A stretch of 64,000 nt of DNA from Phoronis australis (taxonomy: Eukaryota > Animalia > Phoronida). The stretch is taken from positions 592,703 to 656,702 of the forward strand of contig NMRA01000037.1 in assembly GCA_002633005.1 (NCBI GenBank), given 5' to 3'. The translations under genes and the position numbers were made by a program. The notes under the pieces are model-generated. The model ran no database searches. It was given only the letters and a program-made list of their open reading frames with translations, and had not been told where the DNA came from. Below, one piece after another: positions 44,656-58,300 of this stretch. Numbering within the stretch: the stretch's first letter is position 1; each line of letters starts with the position of its first letter.

Positions 44656-47600
44656 TTACACGAGTCCAAAGTCGACGGCATTTTCAAACAGACCAGCAAT
44701 TCTTTCTTTCATAGCTTGCGGGCTTGAGACACTTTCTAGCATCGAATCCACGTCTAATTCTGTATCGCCGGCGGCCATGTTTACGGCTGGCTTGTCTTCA
44801 GTGGCCAACTTTGAAAACAGAGCCACCAAGAAACCACATGCCGGACCTATGCCTAGCCAGGCTGTTTTGTAAAACAAACTGGTTAACTTTTCCATCGTCA
44901 ACTCAGGAAATGTCAAACCCATCGACTTCAAGGATGCGTGGAATTGTGCATGATACGCAGTCAACAGCTCGTCAAGATGATTCTGACGAACTGACTTGTT
45001 CGTGCTCAAGAAGATAAAATAAACAAGATCAGTTGTCAGCGTAGCATAACGCGTGGCCTGGAAATCGAACATTTTAGCCTGGATTGGTCTGCCCTCCTCA
45101 GAGTAACGGAACATCACATTGTTGGCCCAGAAGTCGCCGTGACAAAACAGTGCAAACTGCTCTTCGGGCTCTTTCAAAATAGTAGCAGCCTTTTCCATTG
45201 ATGTCTTCATATTTAGGTGCCTAGCCTTTGCCTTGACATCGTCTCGGTTGGTGCCACTGATGATGATGTCAACAATGACGCCGTTCATTTTCTCCATTAT
45301 GGGCATCAGCATGCTTTGCTGAAACGAAGACATGAGCGTCTCTGTGAAGATTAAAGGATACTCCTTCTTGAGACCTTCGACTCCACCTAGCGTCTTTTTC
45401 AATGCGAATGTACATGCATGGAACTTAGCTATTTCGTGCATGGTGACTTTGCAGTGGTCGAAGTCGAGTCCTTTTCGCACGTCATCCAACTTGTAGCCAC
45501 TTGGTCTTAAGTCTTCAAGCACCACGATCCCGTTGTCGTCGTCCACGTTAGTGTAATAGCATTTCGGAACAGGCAGGTCATCTGAACCCACGCCACGTGA
45601 CTTTTTTACTTCTAACAATTTAGGAAACAGTTCGCAGAAAGTGAATGATTCTTTTTGAAAAGTTTTGGCGCGCTTCAGGATCGCTTGCCTGACATTGGCG
45701 TCATTCGGTAGAGTTTTAACGATAAGATGGCGCTTTAGTTCAGTTCCATTTTCTACGGTGTCAACTGTAACTTTCAAGACGATGCTAGCAAAGTTGTCAC
45801 CTAAATCGGAACCTGGCGAGACTTCAAAGTTCTGAAATAAGAGGAAATCAGAATAGAAAATACTTAGTTGCACACTCACTGTCAAGAGAAACAGAAAAAA
45901 ATGAATAGTCAACCCATACAAATTTGGGTTGCAAGAACGCCGGTTTTCTCCATGGGTGGCGTACACGGAAAGTTTTGCTCAGTAGGGTGAGTTATGGGTT
46001 TTTATGAATCCCTCCAAAAGGGTGCCTTGTTCGGCTTATCTCCACCCTTCAAAAGGATTCGTTTTCGTAACAGAACTCTCCAGAAAGGTTTCGTATCCTA
46101 TTTAGGGTTACTAGATGAGAAAGACTTAAGTCCAATGAGTAAATCGTTAGTTCAACGTTTCCCTTTTAATAACGTCAGCAATTGATACATAGGGGCACAT
46201 ATTGACCACACTTTGTCTAACCCTGTGAAATGTGGCTATTCTACCCGTTCCTGCAGTACACTGACCTCGAACAAAATAATGCAGTGACCCTCCCCGGAAT
46301 CACGCACAAGCTGCAAGGGTGTACTGTTCTTATAAAAACTGCTTTCTTTCTCACGAGTGGTATTTTCACACCTTCTTGGGTACCGTGATTATTTTCTCAA
46401 GAAAAGGTCCCTTTTCGTGTTAGCAAAATTGTTCGTGAGTAAGAATACAGCTTCAGGGAAAATTCATGAGGTTTGGGCCACTCAGGCTCTGCGCGGATTT
46501 GTGATGACCACCTTTACTAACTGAAGTGAATGTACAAAAGCGTACGTTTTGAAACAGAACTTTTAGTACAAAACGGTTTCATAATGATTGTGCTGTTAGT
46601 GAAGCTGCAACCTATGATAACGTCGTTTACTTAATTTCAATTCTCAAACAATTGTTTTGTTGGGTACAAAAACCCCTACAAAAATTGTGAGATGGAAAAA
46701 ATCTGATGACTAAGAGAGTGACTGAGTTGACGTCCTCACTTCCATTCGACCCATGGAGTAACCGCGAGCTTAGTGGTGTCAAAATGCGACTGGTGCATGA
46801 AGAAAGGATTGCTGCATTAAAATGGCATTTCCTTCTAGTGCATAAAAATGAATATCGGGAAATAAGCTGAAAATCTCGAATTACCACTGAGCCCATTGGC
46901 ATAACTAAGACAACATCTGAGTTCTATCAAGGAGTGTAGTATAATTGTATGTACACTCCTTTGTTCTACTAGTAAAGTGGAATTCAGGTCACCAGCGACT
47001 GAAATGGAAAATCATGGTGATGTTAAGGGTTGGCAAGCCTCATCAAAACTGCATAATGGCTTTTTTAATAATCTTCTTGCCGATACTGGATGACTGTTTG
47101 GGAATGGAAGTCATTTTCAGTCACTAGATTTCAAATATCAAAGGTCTGGTAGTAAACTGCTATTAACACATTCGATCACAAAACCCAACTTGCGATTTAG
47201 TCCACTTACAGTGTACCGTTGCGAATTTTGCTCTCAAATTGTTTCTTAGTTGAAATGGAGGTGTTTTTACGGTTGCGGCGCGAAAGACCTGACATTCGTT
47301 GTTGTCTGAAATAGTTACCGCAATTTTGCTTGTCTCGGCGGCGGCGTGTCATGAGCGCCGTCATGGAATGACGTCAGGTCTTTGCAAAACAGCCGAGAAA
47401 TCACTTCTCATCTGAGCAAGGAGCAAGTTGAGACCAATTCTGTGGCGTTAAGTGGTCTAAATCAAAAGTTAGCTCTTTCTATGGGAGCGCAACACTGAAA
47501 AAAGCCTGGGGCTACAGCCCCCCAGCACCCCTTAGGTGGCACCGCCCATGGGCGCCGGAGCCACTGAAAAAAGTGGGGGNATGGTGCGCCGCCCATGTCT

Positions 47601-47871
47601 ACGGAATGCTTGTTCATATATAGCCGCTTTGAACACTAAGTCATTCTCTTTTCTGGCATAACTAAACAACCACCGCATCATTAATGTCGAGGGAAATAAC
47701 AAGATGGACAAGTCAAGGGAGGTCAAGTACTGAAACTGGGACGCCTACCTAACAATCTGCAGGTCAACACTAAATCAAGAGTAGTACCTTAATAGTCAGA
47801 GTCTGACAGCTTCCTGACAACACCTTCTCGAGCAGTTCTTTAGTAATGATTTCCGCTCCGTGACAACTCAT
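44656..47871 (-). CDS. Ecdysteroid kinase-like (EcKinase/EcKL, CHK kinase-like) protein, 419 aa
   Basis: Exon 1 47871-47788 (MSCHGAEIITKELLEKVLSGSCQTLTIK, AAG|GTAC) and exon 2 45831-44656 (TTTCAG|AAC). Motifs GDNFAS, LEDL, HGDFWANNVMF (Brenner motif) and DFQ. The N-terminus of the track's 436-aa ORF is intronic. Confidence 0.92.
45951..47597. mobile_element. CATGGG-terminated TIR element(s) filling EcKinase intron 1
   Basis: Left CATGGGTGGCGTAC; right ends GCACCGCCCATG (47550) and GCGCCGCCCATG (47597), with an n at 47580. No clear TSD. Confidence 0.45.
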
Positions 47872-48394
47872 GGCGATGCGTCTCTTCTGTAGCCCAGAAC
47901 TCGAGTACCCCACAAATTCACATGCAGTGCCAGTCCAACTAAGTTGACTGGCCAATATCGTTTTGCAATGCACACACGCAACGAACAAACCAGACGCAGC
48001 TCAGGTCACACGGTTAAAGGCGTGGGTATTATCGACACATCGTATTTTTTCTATTAATCACCGAGCTTCAGAGAATTGTTTGCTCCCCAGGTATTGTTCA
48101 GTTCACGAAAATAAAGTTCGTTGCGTTGGGCTTTTGTCATTGTGTGGCAAGAAGGACCTTGCATTCCCCTGCTAAATGCGGATACGCTCTAAATGTGCCG
48201 CGGCATAGACCTCGGCAATTTAAAAGTAAGGCCGTTTAACAGGAGTTTACGGTAACGGTATATTATTTACTGATCAAGCTTGATTGCACTTTGTATTAAC
48301 TGAAACATGATCAACGGTCAAGCCGGAGTGTCACTGCAGATACCTCGTCGCCAGATATTTAACGAAAATTAAGATACATCTCGCTTACTGCATG

Positions 48395-50001
48395 AATGGA
48401 ACTTGGCTATTTCGTGCATGGTGATGGAAGTCGAGGCCTTTACGCACGTCATCCAACTTGTAGCCACTTATTCTTAATGTTCAAGCACCACAAACCCGTG
48501 ATCATCGTCCACGCTGGCAGGTTATCTGAATCCACGCCACGTGACTTTATTAGTTGTATCAATTTAGGAAATAGTTCACATGCAGAAAGTGAGCGATATT
48601 CTTTTTGAAAGATTTTAGCGCCTTTCACTAGGATCGCTTGCCTGACATTGGCGTCATTCGGTAGAGTTTTAACGTTAAGATGGGCCAGGCGCTTTAGTTC
48701 AGTTCCGTTTTCAACCGTGTGAACTGTAACTTTTAAGACGATGCTAGCAAAGTTGTCACCTAAATCGGAACCTGGCGAGACTTCAAAGTTCTGAAATGGG
48801 AAGAGATGAGAATAATGAATCCTTAGTGCGTGGAAATAATGTGCTTTCTACACGTTATTGTCAAAATTACCACCTTGGGCCCTCCATGTGAAGAAGAGAA
48901 CGATTTTAGTTGAAATCATGTTTCCAAAGAATGATTTTAACTGTTTGAAGAAACCCATTAAAGATGACTTGAAGATGGAAATAAAACAGCATGGTCCAGA
49001 AAGACATCAATCGGGTACACTTGGTGAGAGAATACAAGTCCGGAGGATAACTGAACATATAGAGGAAATGATGATTATACTCTCCGTATCGGTAAGCATG
49101 CTATCTTTACGGTTTTTTTGCTTTCAAATGAACAATCGTCATTCATGTCAAAGTTTAGCAGGAAGACGGTTGCTCTCAATGAATACCTGGCACCAGAAAG
49201 GCCAGTGTCAGAGAGTGCACGAGCAAAAAGCAAAAAGCTGAGCCTCGCAATTCGACTATGATAGATGCCGAGCTAAGTTGCTTGATGCAAAGAAAGATTG
49301 GAGACCTGAACCGATTGTCGGGGTTATGCTGCAAAACAATTACCATCTATCTCTTCTAACTTGGGTAATCTCATGTCAGATCGTTCACGTTACAAGAGCG
49401 ACTGACCAACCTGGCTTCAATCAGCATTAGATTTCTCGAGCCTGACGTAAACTAGGCGAGGTACTAAAGGTTTTCCTACTGCAGATCTCATTAATTAATC
49501 GAAACTGACAAGTGTGACTGATGTGTAGTTAATCTGAATAAAGCTTATTTTTCATCATTTTTTACTTTTCATATGGTTCGTGCTTTTGAGTACTGAGCGA
49601 GAAGCATTCAATAAAAATGACTCGGGTCATTACCAAACCTCTGTTCACTACTCTTATCAACCTACAGTTAAGTTGTAGTACCTTAAAGGCACTATTTCCG
49701 CTTCTTTTTTGTTAAAAACTTCATGAAACGGATCTTTACGCAAACACTTTTATTCGAAACCTAAGCCCAAATAATAGCCTTTGCCATGGCATCGAATTTT
49801 TTTATAGTGAACTGAATTTAATACAGATTTTTTTAGCTTAATTTTTTCATTTTGTGTGGTGCACCAAGAAATAAATGGATGCCGGACGAAGTGTCAATCG
49901 AAGATTCGAGTGTCGAATATGNAACAGTCAGTCTGACAGCTTCCTGAAAACACTTTCTCAAGCAGTTCTTTAGTAATGACTTCCACTCCGTGACAACTCA
50001 T
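48395..50001 (-). pseudogene. Truncated, frameshifted tandem duplicate of the EcKinase 5' half
   Basis: 49922-50001 copies exon 1 (MSCHGVEVITKELLEKVFSGSCQT); 48395-48795 copies the start of exon 2 with indels and stops short of the catalytic motifs. 50310-50740 copies the upstream region 47925-48370. Confidence 0.85.
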
Positions 50002-50055
50002 TAGGTTGCGTCAACACTTCTGTAGATGTGAACTCCAGCGACCCACTTCACACAC

Positions 50056-50305
50056 CATGCGCGCACCCAGGGGGTGGCTCGGGGGGCTCGAAGGAGCCCC
50101 CCCATTTGGCGAAGTTGGGAAAAATGTCCGCCCACGAGTGACAAAAAGTCCGAGAAAATGGAACATAAGTCTACCAAATAAGCGCAAACAAGCAATTCAC
50201 AGTGGTGCTCTCCCGTTTTTTTGTTATTTTTAGTCCGCCCGCTCTTTAGTTAGCAAAAGGTTCAGGCAATTCGAACCCCCATAATGAAGGCTGGGTGCGC
50301 GCATG
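50056..50305. mobile_element. MITE with 15-bp perfect TIRs and 5-bp TSD
   Basis: CATGCGCGCACCCAG / CTGGGTGCGCGCATG with TSD CACAC (50051-50055 and 50306-50310). Absent from the paralogous site at ~47920. Confidence 0.88.
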
Positions 50306-50898
50306 CACACGCGGTGCCAGTGTGACTAAGTTGACTAGCCCAATCGTTTTGTTATTAGCGCACACAATCCACGAACAAGGCATATTATTCAGGTCATGCA
50401 TGTTATAAGGGTGAGTTTTTGTTTTATCTCCTATAATTTCTAAAAAATTATAATTGCCACGATTCAGCACATTGTTTGCTTAACGTGAAGTCCACTTCGG
50501 GATTTTTTTGCCGAGTTGTGTTTATTATCATGAGTGCCAAAGACCACGCACTCCCTCCTAGATTGACTCACAGGCTCTAAAATCGCCGAGACAGAGCTCG
50601 ACAATTTAAAAGCCAAAGTAAGACTGTTTAGCAGGAACTTACGGTAACGGCAAGTATTCATTAAGCTTGAACTTTGAATAAATGAGATGTGATCAACGAC
50701 CATGCCGGAGACTCACTGCATCTCCTTCAGCAGATATTTAACGAAGATTCAATTACGTCGGGAATTCCAATAGGGTCGTCCAGATTACACAGTGATCTAG
50801 CAATCTTCTTTAAAAGAAAGCGCATAATTGTTTTCGTTGATGGACTTGGTTTGGAATGTCAGTCACATTTTCACCAGTTCATGTGAGAAACCGTCAAG

Positions 50899-51051
50899 GA
50901 TAGGCGGATACAACGGCCAAGGGGGTCCAGACCTCAATTCCATTGATTTTTTGACATCAAATCTAGAATTTTCAAAATGTTGATTTGGACCCCCTTTTTA
51001 AAAAATCCTTGATCCAAACTCCCCTTTTAAAAATCCCTAGACCCGCCCCTG
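50899..51051. mobile_element. CAGGGGCGG-type MITE with 5-bp TSD
   Basis: Decayed left end GATAGGCGGATAC, right end AGACCCGCCCCTG; TSD TCAAG (50894-50898 and 51052-51056). Confidence 0.65.
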
Positions 51052-52300
51052 TCAAGGTGTATAGCCGTGAAAACATTCCAGATTTCAACCTTTTAAAAAG
51101 CACCAGCATTGAATGATGTCTTCCGTCAAGAAAGGGAGTTCTCTTCCGATCAAAATTAATTAAGCCCTAGAACTTACTCACTGACCACCATGGAGTCAAC
51201 TAGTAAACAACTTAGTATTCAGGCAGCAGCATGAAGCAACTAGTTTTGTGAAACGAATATATTGAAATTTGTTATATCATGTACACTGTTCAAAATGACA
51301 CTTAGAATAAATAACATTAGGTTGTCACCCTAAGAGGTTAGCGTTCTCAGGGAGGGGTATAAGTCAGAGCTCATTGGTTTTCCCCGTGCCTCATTCGACC
51401 AAAAGTTGGTGGCTATCCTTCACCCATGCTCGAATAAGACATCAAACCAGCACTGCCGTTGTTTTGAAGTCGAGTACCACCCATGGCTTGAGAGTAACTT
51501 GCTTGACATAAACAAACGTCTTGCATTGATGTCATGTCCAACCATTGGGGGAGGTAAAAACCTCTTCCAACTTCTCAATCACAATATAATTACAAAGAAG
51601 GAATAACAAATTTAATATGAAAATAGTCCCATGACATTTATTCTACTTCGCCAAAGTCGACAGAAAGTACCCTCACTTTAGTATAATTAATATTGCAATA
51701 AAGATAAACCCTCTCTACACACTACTGTACAGCAATATATTGTTAATAACAAGATAACGCAATGTATTATTAATAACAAAATAACGCAACATGCAGCCAT
51801 ATGAATAACGTGTCATTAAGTTCAAAGCATTTTACTCCAGACCTTCTAAAAAATCAAAATTCAAAGTTTGACAGTCATTGCCAACACTGAATCTCAAAGC
51901 CAAAGGGAGAACCGTTTAAATGTGACCACTGGAAATTAATATCACAACGCTACCCATACTCTTTTCACTATGCCAACTTATGGTGCAGGTAATTAATGCC
52001 CCAACAATTTCATACTTAACTTCTGATAAACAACCTCAAAGTTGACCGACTTTTCTAACAGCCACAACATTAAAATAACAATTAAAATAAAAAAAGCTCT
52101 GAAATTTACATATTGATTATCGGTTGGTGTAGCTGACACGAGGTTCTACATTTACAAAAGACGAGACAGTACCTTTAACAGCTCATTTTACAAACTAAAA
52201 ATTGAAACTTTTGTGTTTCCATAGCAAATGATGACCACAGCACCAACCACAAGCCCAGCAGTAAGCCTAATGTAACCAGACATTCCAGATTTCTTGGTTT

Positions 52301-55300
52301 TTATTTTTTCGAGGCAGGTGACTCCGCAAACGGCATACTGGCCTGCCTCTCAACAAGCTGTCTGTGTTGCCGAAGCTTCTCAATTGTCCCTGACAAGTCG
52401 ATAGTCCTGTCAAAGTACTCTACTAAAGGCTGTTCTGTTAATAATGATGCTAGAAACTGTTCAAATGTAATGGACCATAAGCTATCTGGTTTGGAGGCTG
52501 AGCTTGGGGTTAAGCTAGAGCTCTCTTGCACTGAAGGTAATTTCTGATTTATTTCAATAGGTGAGGAGTGTTTAACACCAGGATTATCACCAGAACTAAA
52601 TGTTGCAGTCTCTCCACAGCAATTTCCACCACTGTCATCTTTAATTAAACTTTGACCTTCAAGAGAATCCTCCAAAGATGGAGCTGCTGCATTTTCAGCC
52701 TCATTTTCACAACTAACCAACATGACCACGTCCTTCACTCCATCACTACAGGATGCCTCTTCCCCTATCTNCCCCTCCACCCACCTCCTTGCCCCCATCA
52801 CATGCCCCCTCCACGTTCCCAAGAGACAGTTCCTGCATTCTCTCCCCCACCTCAGTCAAGTCTCCATCACTGGCCAGACTGTTGGAGGCAGAGTGCAACT
52901 TTCGCAGGTAGAACGGTTTGCCGACCTCCCCGATCTGTAGCAGCAGGGTTCCAATAGTGGCAATGCTATGGAACATCTCTTGCTCATTAGGTTGACCAGT
53001 GAAGATGTCATACAAAGTCTTCCACAGTTGGATGAACTGCTCCTAAACAAGATGAGTACATCAGGGTCAAATTCTGTTAAAATGAATACTAAGTAGACAG
53101 GGTATATCAAGGCTCTGACACTGAGCCATACTATTGATCACCAACACAGGACATCTAAATCTTAATACAGTAAAAGTGTTACCAGTGTTTCCGCTTCCCC
53201 TAACTGAAACCCTCTACAACTACCCCCATTTCCAAAATGTCATTGTACTTTTTGGTCAAGCCATTACATTTAGCAGTGCTGCTTGTATGAACATTAATTA
53301 CATTACAAAGCTAGATCAACTTATGACAATTACAATGACGTAACAATCGTGCAACCAACATACTATCTCAGGTAGAATCAAGTAAACAATTACTATCATT
53401 CCCTGCTTCATATATGCATGGTGACGGTCCACGCAGTAAAACAATATTTTTGTACAAAATGTGCTCATCAAAAACTATCGTTAGTAACAACTTTCTAAAA
53501 CCTTTGATTCAAGTACTAGCAGTGCTTACTTGATTCATTCGAGGTAACGACTTGATTTCCTGACGACTGTCCGACTGACTCGACGACATACTTAATGAAC
53601 TTGACATCCTCTTCGGCATACCTGAAAGTGCACGTAACACAACTTTGAAATTTATTGGAAGATACATTGTACGGTAGCCTGAGCTCACAGTTACGTCCAA
53701 GATGACGGTGTCCCAACCCACTTCAAGGCTGGCAGAAGTAACGAGCATTCTACGATGGAAATAACATACGATTGTTCTCGTGTCATCCATACTTTGATTG
53801 TCCTTTTTAGTTCACAGTTATATCTTCAAATTTACCCGTTCTAGACAGGTAACAGTTATTCCTCAGGACTGTCAACCTGCACAACATGTCAACACATCAG
53901 AATAGGTTAGGCAACAGAAAAAAAAAGTTAAGACAGTTACTACACCTTTATAACTGAAGGACATCTGTTCAGGGCTTGGAGTGGACGCTTGCCCACTAGC
54001 TGGGGTGTCAATGACAGGCGACTCTAGCAGAAAGGTGGCGCCCTCTGATGGAGATTTACTCAACTCTAATGTTGTTGGTCGACTGTTCTGTTCATCAACA
54101 GAGGACTGCCCAATATCTGCAAGATGTTTAAATTAACTGTATTCACACAAAGAGCATGGTTTACTTGTACTTTACTAAGGCAGTCACTGACAAGGAAGGG
54201 ATTGACTAATATTACTTTTAACGTGAAACAAAACCATGTCAGTGCCCTCTGCATACATGACAACAAGTAAAATCCTGCTTTAAACATTTTATTCAAAATC
54301 TAATACAAACAAATGACACTTGGCATACCTTTACAAAGACATCAAGAATAAATTAAAAAAATAAATACATCACAGTACTCCACAAATATTCATGATAGGC
54401 CATTATTCAGATCCCATGCATCGACTTAAAAAGGGTGAACACTTTTGCTACGTTTGCACATACTATATTTTATTTCCAATTATTAAGTGAAATACCAAGT
54501 GGAGCACACAAAATGTTAAACTAAACTTTGGCACAATTTTACCCTATGTCTTGAAACAGATAACTTCAGAAGTGAAGGATACCACTTTTCTTCACAACAA
54601 AAACTAACAAACAAGAAATGCCTCAACAAAACGAGGCACAGCTACGCAAAGAAAACTGAATAAATTACATCTAACAGTAAATTATAAATACCTTCAACAG
54701 TATCTTGGCAAACTTCGATGTGCTCAAAAAAATCTGAAGCCTCCTCCGCAGTTTCAGTGACATCTATTGGGGGCAAGTTAAACAACCATTGAATCAACTA
54801 AAACTAAAGCACTGAATACACACTGTTTTTTCACACACGACTTCATACACAACAATCAGAATGTGACACAAGTGGCTCAAAAGTTGTGTAAAAATCAGAG
54901 TGTGCAGACAAAGCTTAAATCAATCAACATTTAACCAGTAAGCCAGCATCCAACTACAGACAAAAACAGACCCATTTCTTAGATAAACTATGAGAACTAC
55001 TTCATAAAGAAGAAACAGCCAACCACAACAAATCTCAAACAATTCTTTAATGAGGAAAACCAGAAATTACAACCAACAAAGAAGCACAGTGCTTTAGATC
55101 AACCGGCCAAGATTTGACATATATTGAGTTTGTTCAACAAACAATACCAAGACAACTAGACAACAAAATACCTCAGACATGCTTCCCACTTGTATCGGGT
55201 TTTCACTCAACACCCCCAGTATTAGTCAGTGTTATAGGATGTAATTTTGATTTTCCATGATTTGCTCATCCCACAAAAAAAGATAAACTCTACTAAAACA

Positions 55301-58300
55301 AAAAATGCGTCTACCCACGTTAATTTCAGCCACAAAATACATAAAACCCTGTTTCACCAAGTTAGGGATGAACTAAGAAAACTTTACCCAGCCTAATTTT
55401 TGCTCGTCTCGGGAGATTTTCTTTTTTAAACATGTGAGCAACAAACAAAAAACCCACACCACCGACTCAATTTTCAAAATCACTGACTGCATGAACTGCA
55501 ACTTCAAATACAACTCTTACAATAAGGTTTATCTAGCTACGGTATGAACGTTCCCACAAGATTTCCATATGTGACAATAGTCACTTTCGATATTTACTAC
55601 AAGTGGGAAGAAAACCAGAGGCAAACCAAACACATATAAGTACCCAGCAACAAAGCTACCAGAGTTTATAATGATTACACCCATACAACGACCACCGACG
55701 GGTAGAACAGCAGCTCACCTGAATCTGTTACGACCTCCTCGTCATGCTGGGTGAGGTCCTCGGGCAGCAAGGCTGGGGCTTGATGCAGGCTGTACAGTAA
55801 CTGCATCTTTTGCGGGAGCTCCGCCTTCGTCATCAGCCCGATCACCCAGGCAAATTCCTTAAAGTTGATCAACTTGTCTTCATTGCTATCCAGCAGCTGC
55901 AGGTGAAAACAAAGAATGTAATGCACCTATGGTTTAGTTTTATATGAGTTACGTGGCATATTAAATACTCTGTGATTTTTACCTGGTGGCCTGTTGCATG
56001 AAGTCATGTAAGACTTGTGTCATACATTTGGTCTTATTCTCCACACAACCATTGCTGCAAAAGTTTCACTTTAGCAACAAGAGCACCCACGAATGCATCG
56101 CAAATGGTGAGCTTTTAGGGTTATTTATTTGTACCACAAAAATGGCCACTAGATGGCGCAAAAACGTACAATCCATCCAAAAATGGGAACATGTCATATT
56201 TCATAAAAATCTGTCAAGGAACTTCAGAGAAACAAAGGAAAACAGAACAAAATGAAATTGCCACTTGTGGGCACAACGTCCATTCCATCCGCCTGAAAGT
56301 CGTCGTCTGTTATCTTCATATAAATTCACTTACTAAATTTAATAAAGCTCCTGCAGTGGGTTTTGGAGATACAGCTATGGGCGCAAAACAAAACAAAACT
56401 ACCACTAGGAGGCACCACAGTAGTCAGTCGCCATCATCAAACATCCTCTTCACACTGAAAATATATATGCCAATTTTCAAAACCATCCCTAGAATGATTT
56501 GGTTGATCAAGGGGTGGACGCCAAAAACCTCGATTCCATCCAAAAACAGGATGACAGCGTCACCTCACCAGTAGATGCCTATATTCAAAATTTTATGAAA
56601 ATCTGTTGAGGGCCTTTGAAGATACAGACTGGTAAACATAAAAAACTAAAATTGCCACTAGGGAGTACACCAGTAAACAGATCCGTCCGAAAGTCATCAT
56701 CACCCATTGTCAACATCATATAAATACACTCACTAAATTTAGTAAAGATCCTGCGAACAGTTTAGGGGATACAGCTATAAGCGCAAAAAACAAAACCGAC
56801 ACTAGGAGCCACAGAAGTCGCAGTCCTCGAAAAATCATCGTCAGTCGTCCACTTCATAGTAAGAACATACATGCCAATTTTCAAAATCATCCTTTGAGCG
56901 GTTTGGTTGATAGAGGGGTGGACGCAAAAAACTCGAAAACAGTAAAAATGGCCACTAGGTGGTGCACACTACGTCAAATCCATCTGAAAATGAGAGGATA
57001 GCATCATCTCACTAATAGGTGCCTATATAACAAATTTTATGAAAATCCGTTCAGGACTTTTAAAGATATAGAGATAAACGTGAAAAAACTAAAATTGCCA
57101 CTAGGGGGCACACCAGTGGTCGCATCCGTCCGAAAGTTCCCTCATACCGTCCCATCCACGGAAGGAACAAACGTTCAAAATTTCATGAACATATGTCAAG
57201 GTGTTTTGGAAATAGAGCAGCGGACGCCGGCGCCAGACGGACAGATGCCAGACGGACGGACGCCAGACGGACGGACGGGGATGACGGCATAATGCGTCCA
57301 CATAATAAATATGTGGGCGCATAAAATGCAGTCACTGAGAATATACACACAACAGCTAATTACTGAGATAATTGCTATAAATTACTGCTACACTGTGATG
57401 CACTCATTACTCACGCATTACTTGGCTAAAACTTTTTCAACAATTGTGAAGAGCAAATTTAAGTCTTAAATCACTGTCATGAAACAGCAGACCTTAAGGC
57501 TTGTAGCTTTCACTCACAAGGACACAGGATAAAAACTGTTGTGTAAGCAACATTACTCTCGTGCTTGTGTCCTCGTGACACCAATGCTTGTAAAATATCA
57601 AAAATACCGTGCAAGGACTCTTGCTTCTCAGGTATAAATGAGGAATCAACACTGGCCAGACTTCATGACACAATGTAACATCTGTTACGTAACTCCCCAT
57701 AACTCACCCTAAATACACGCAATGACATTTTTTCGTTATTCGTGCTCCCAGTCCATGGCGCCAGTGACATGAAGAGACCTTTGAACTGGTCGTAGTCTAC
57801 TTTGAACTGTTCATAGTATGGACGCGTTGGGTCATATTTATCACTAATATCAACAGGGGTCTGCTGGCCCCGCCAGTACGATGAAGAATGATACTCCTCC
57901 TGGTAAATAATGAATAATGGAAGTTAAGTAATACTTTAAAACTCGCATAACTCAATCACAGTCAAATCTTCTTTGAACTCTCACAACTCAGATAAAATCT
58001 CTCAGTGCAGTTGGATCCGACTTTTGTGAGTTTCACTGCAATTGCTTTCTAAACGTCAAAGAATCGCCCTTTTAGTGTATAGAGGTAGCAGGCTCTCTGT
58101 GCGCTCACTTTTCCACGTGTACAACAAAATGCGTCAGATCACAGGGCTGACCGATTTATGAAAGAAATTTTATACATCCTTAACACTGCTTGCAACTTAT
58201 TTTCAGTTAATTTGTTAGTAAACAATAGACTTACACATTTAAAATACAAGTTCTACATCACGACAACAGAGACAGAGAAATACCCACCTTGAAAAGTAAA

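Noticed and set aside
45832-45966. Hydrophobic N-terminus (signal or TM-like) on the 436-aa kinase ORF
   Set aside because: It is the polypyrimidine tract of intron 1 read in frame; the true exon 1 is at 47788-47871.
52746-52822. Apparent frameshift in the last TBC1D9 exon (possible programmed frameshift or pseudogene)
   Set aside because: The frame switch falls on n52771 in a G-rich tract, which marks an assembly gap of unknown length.
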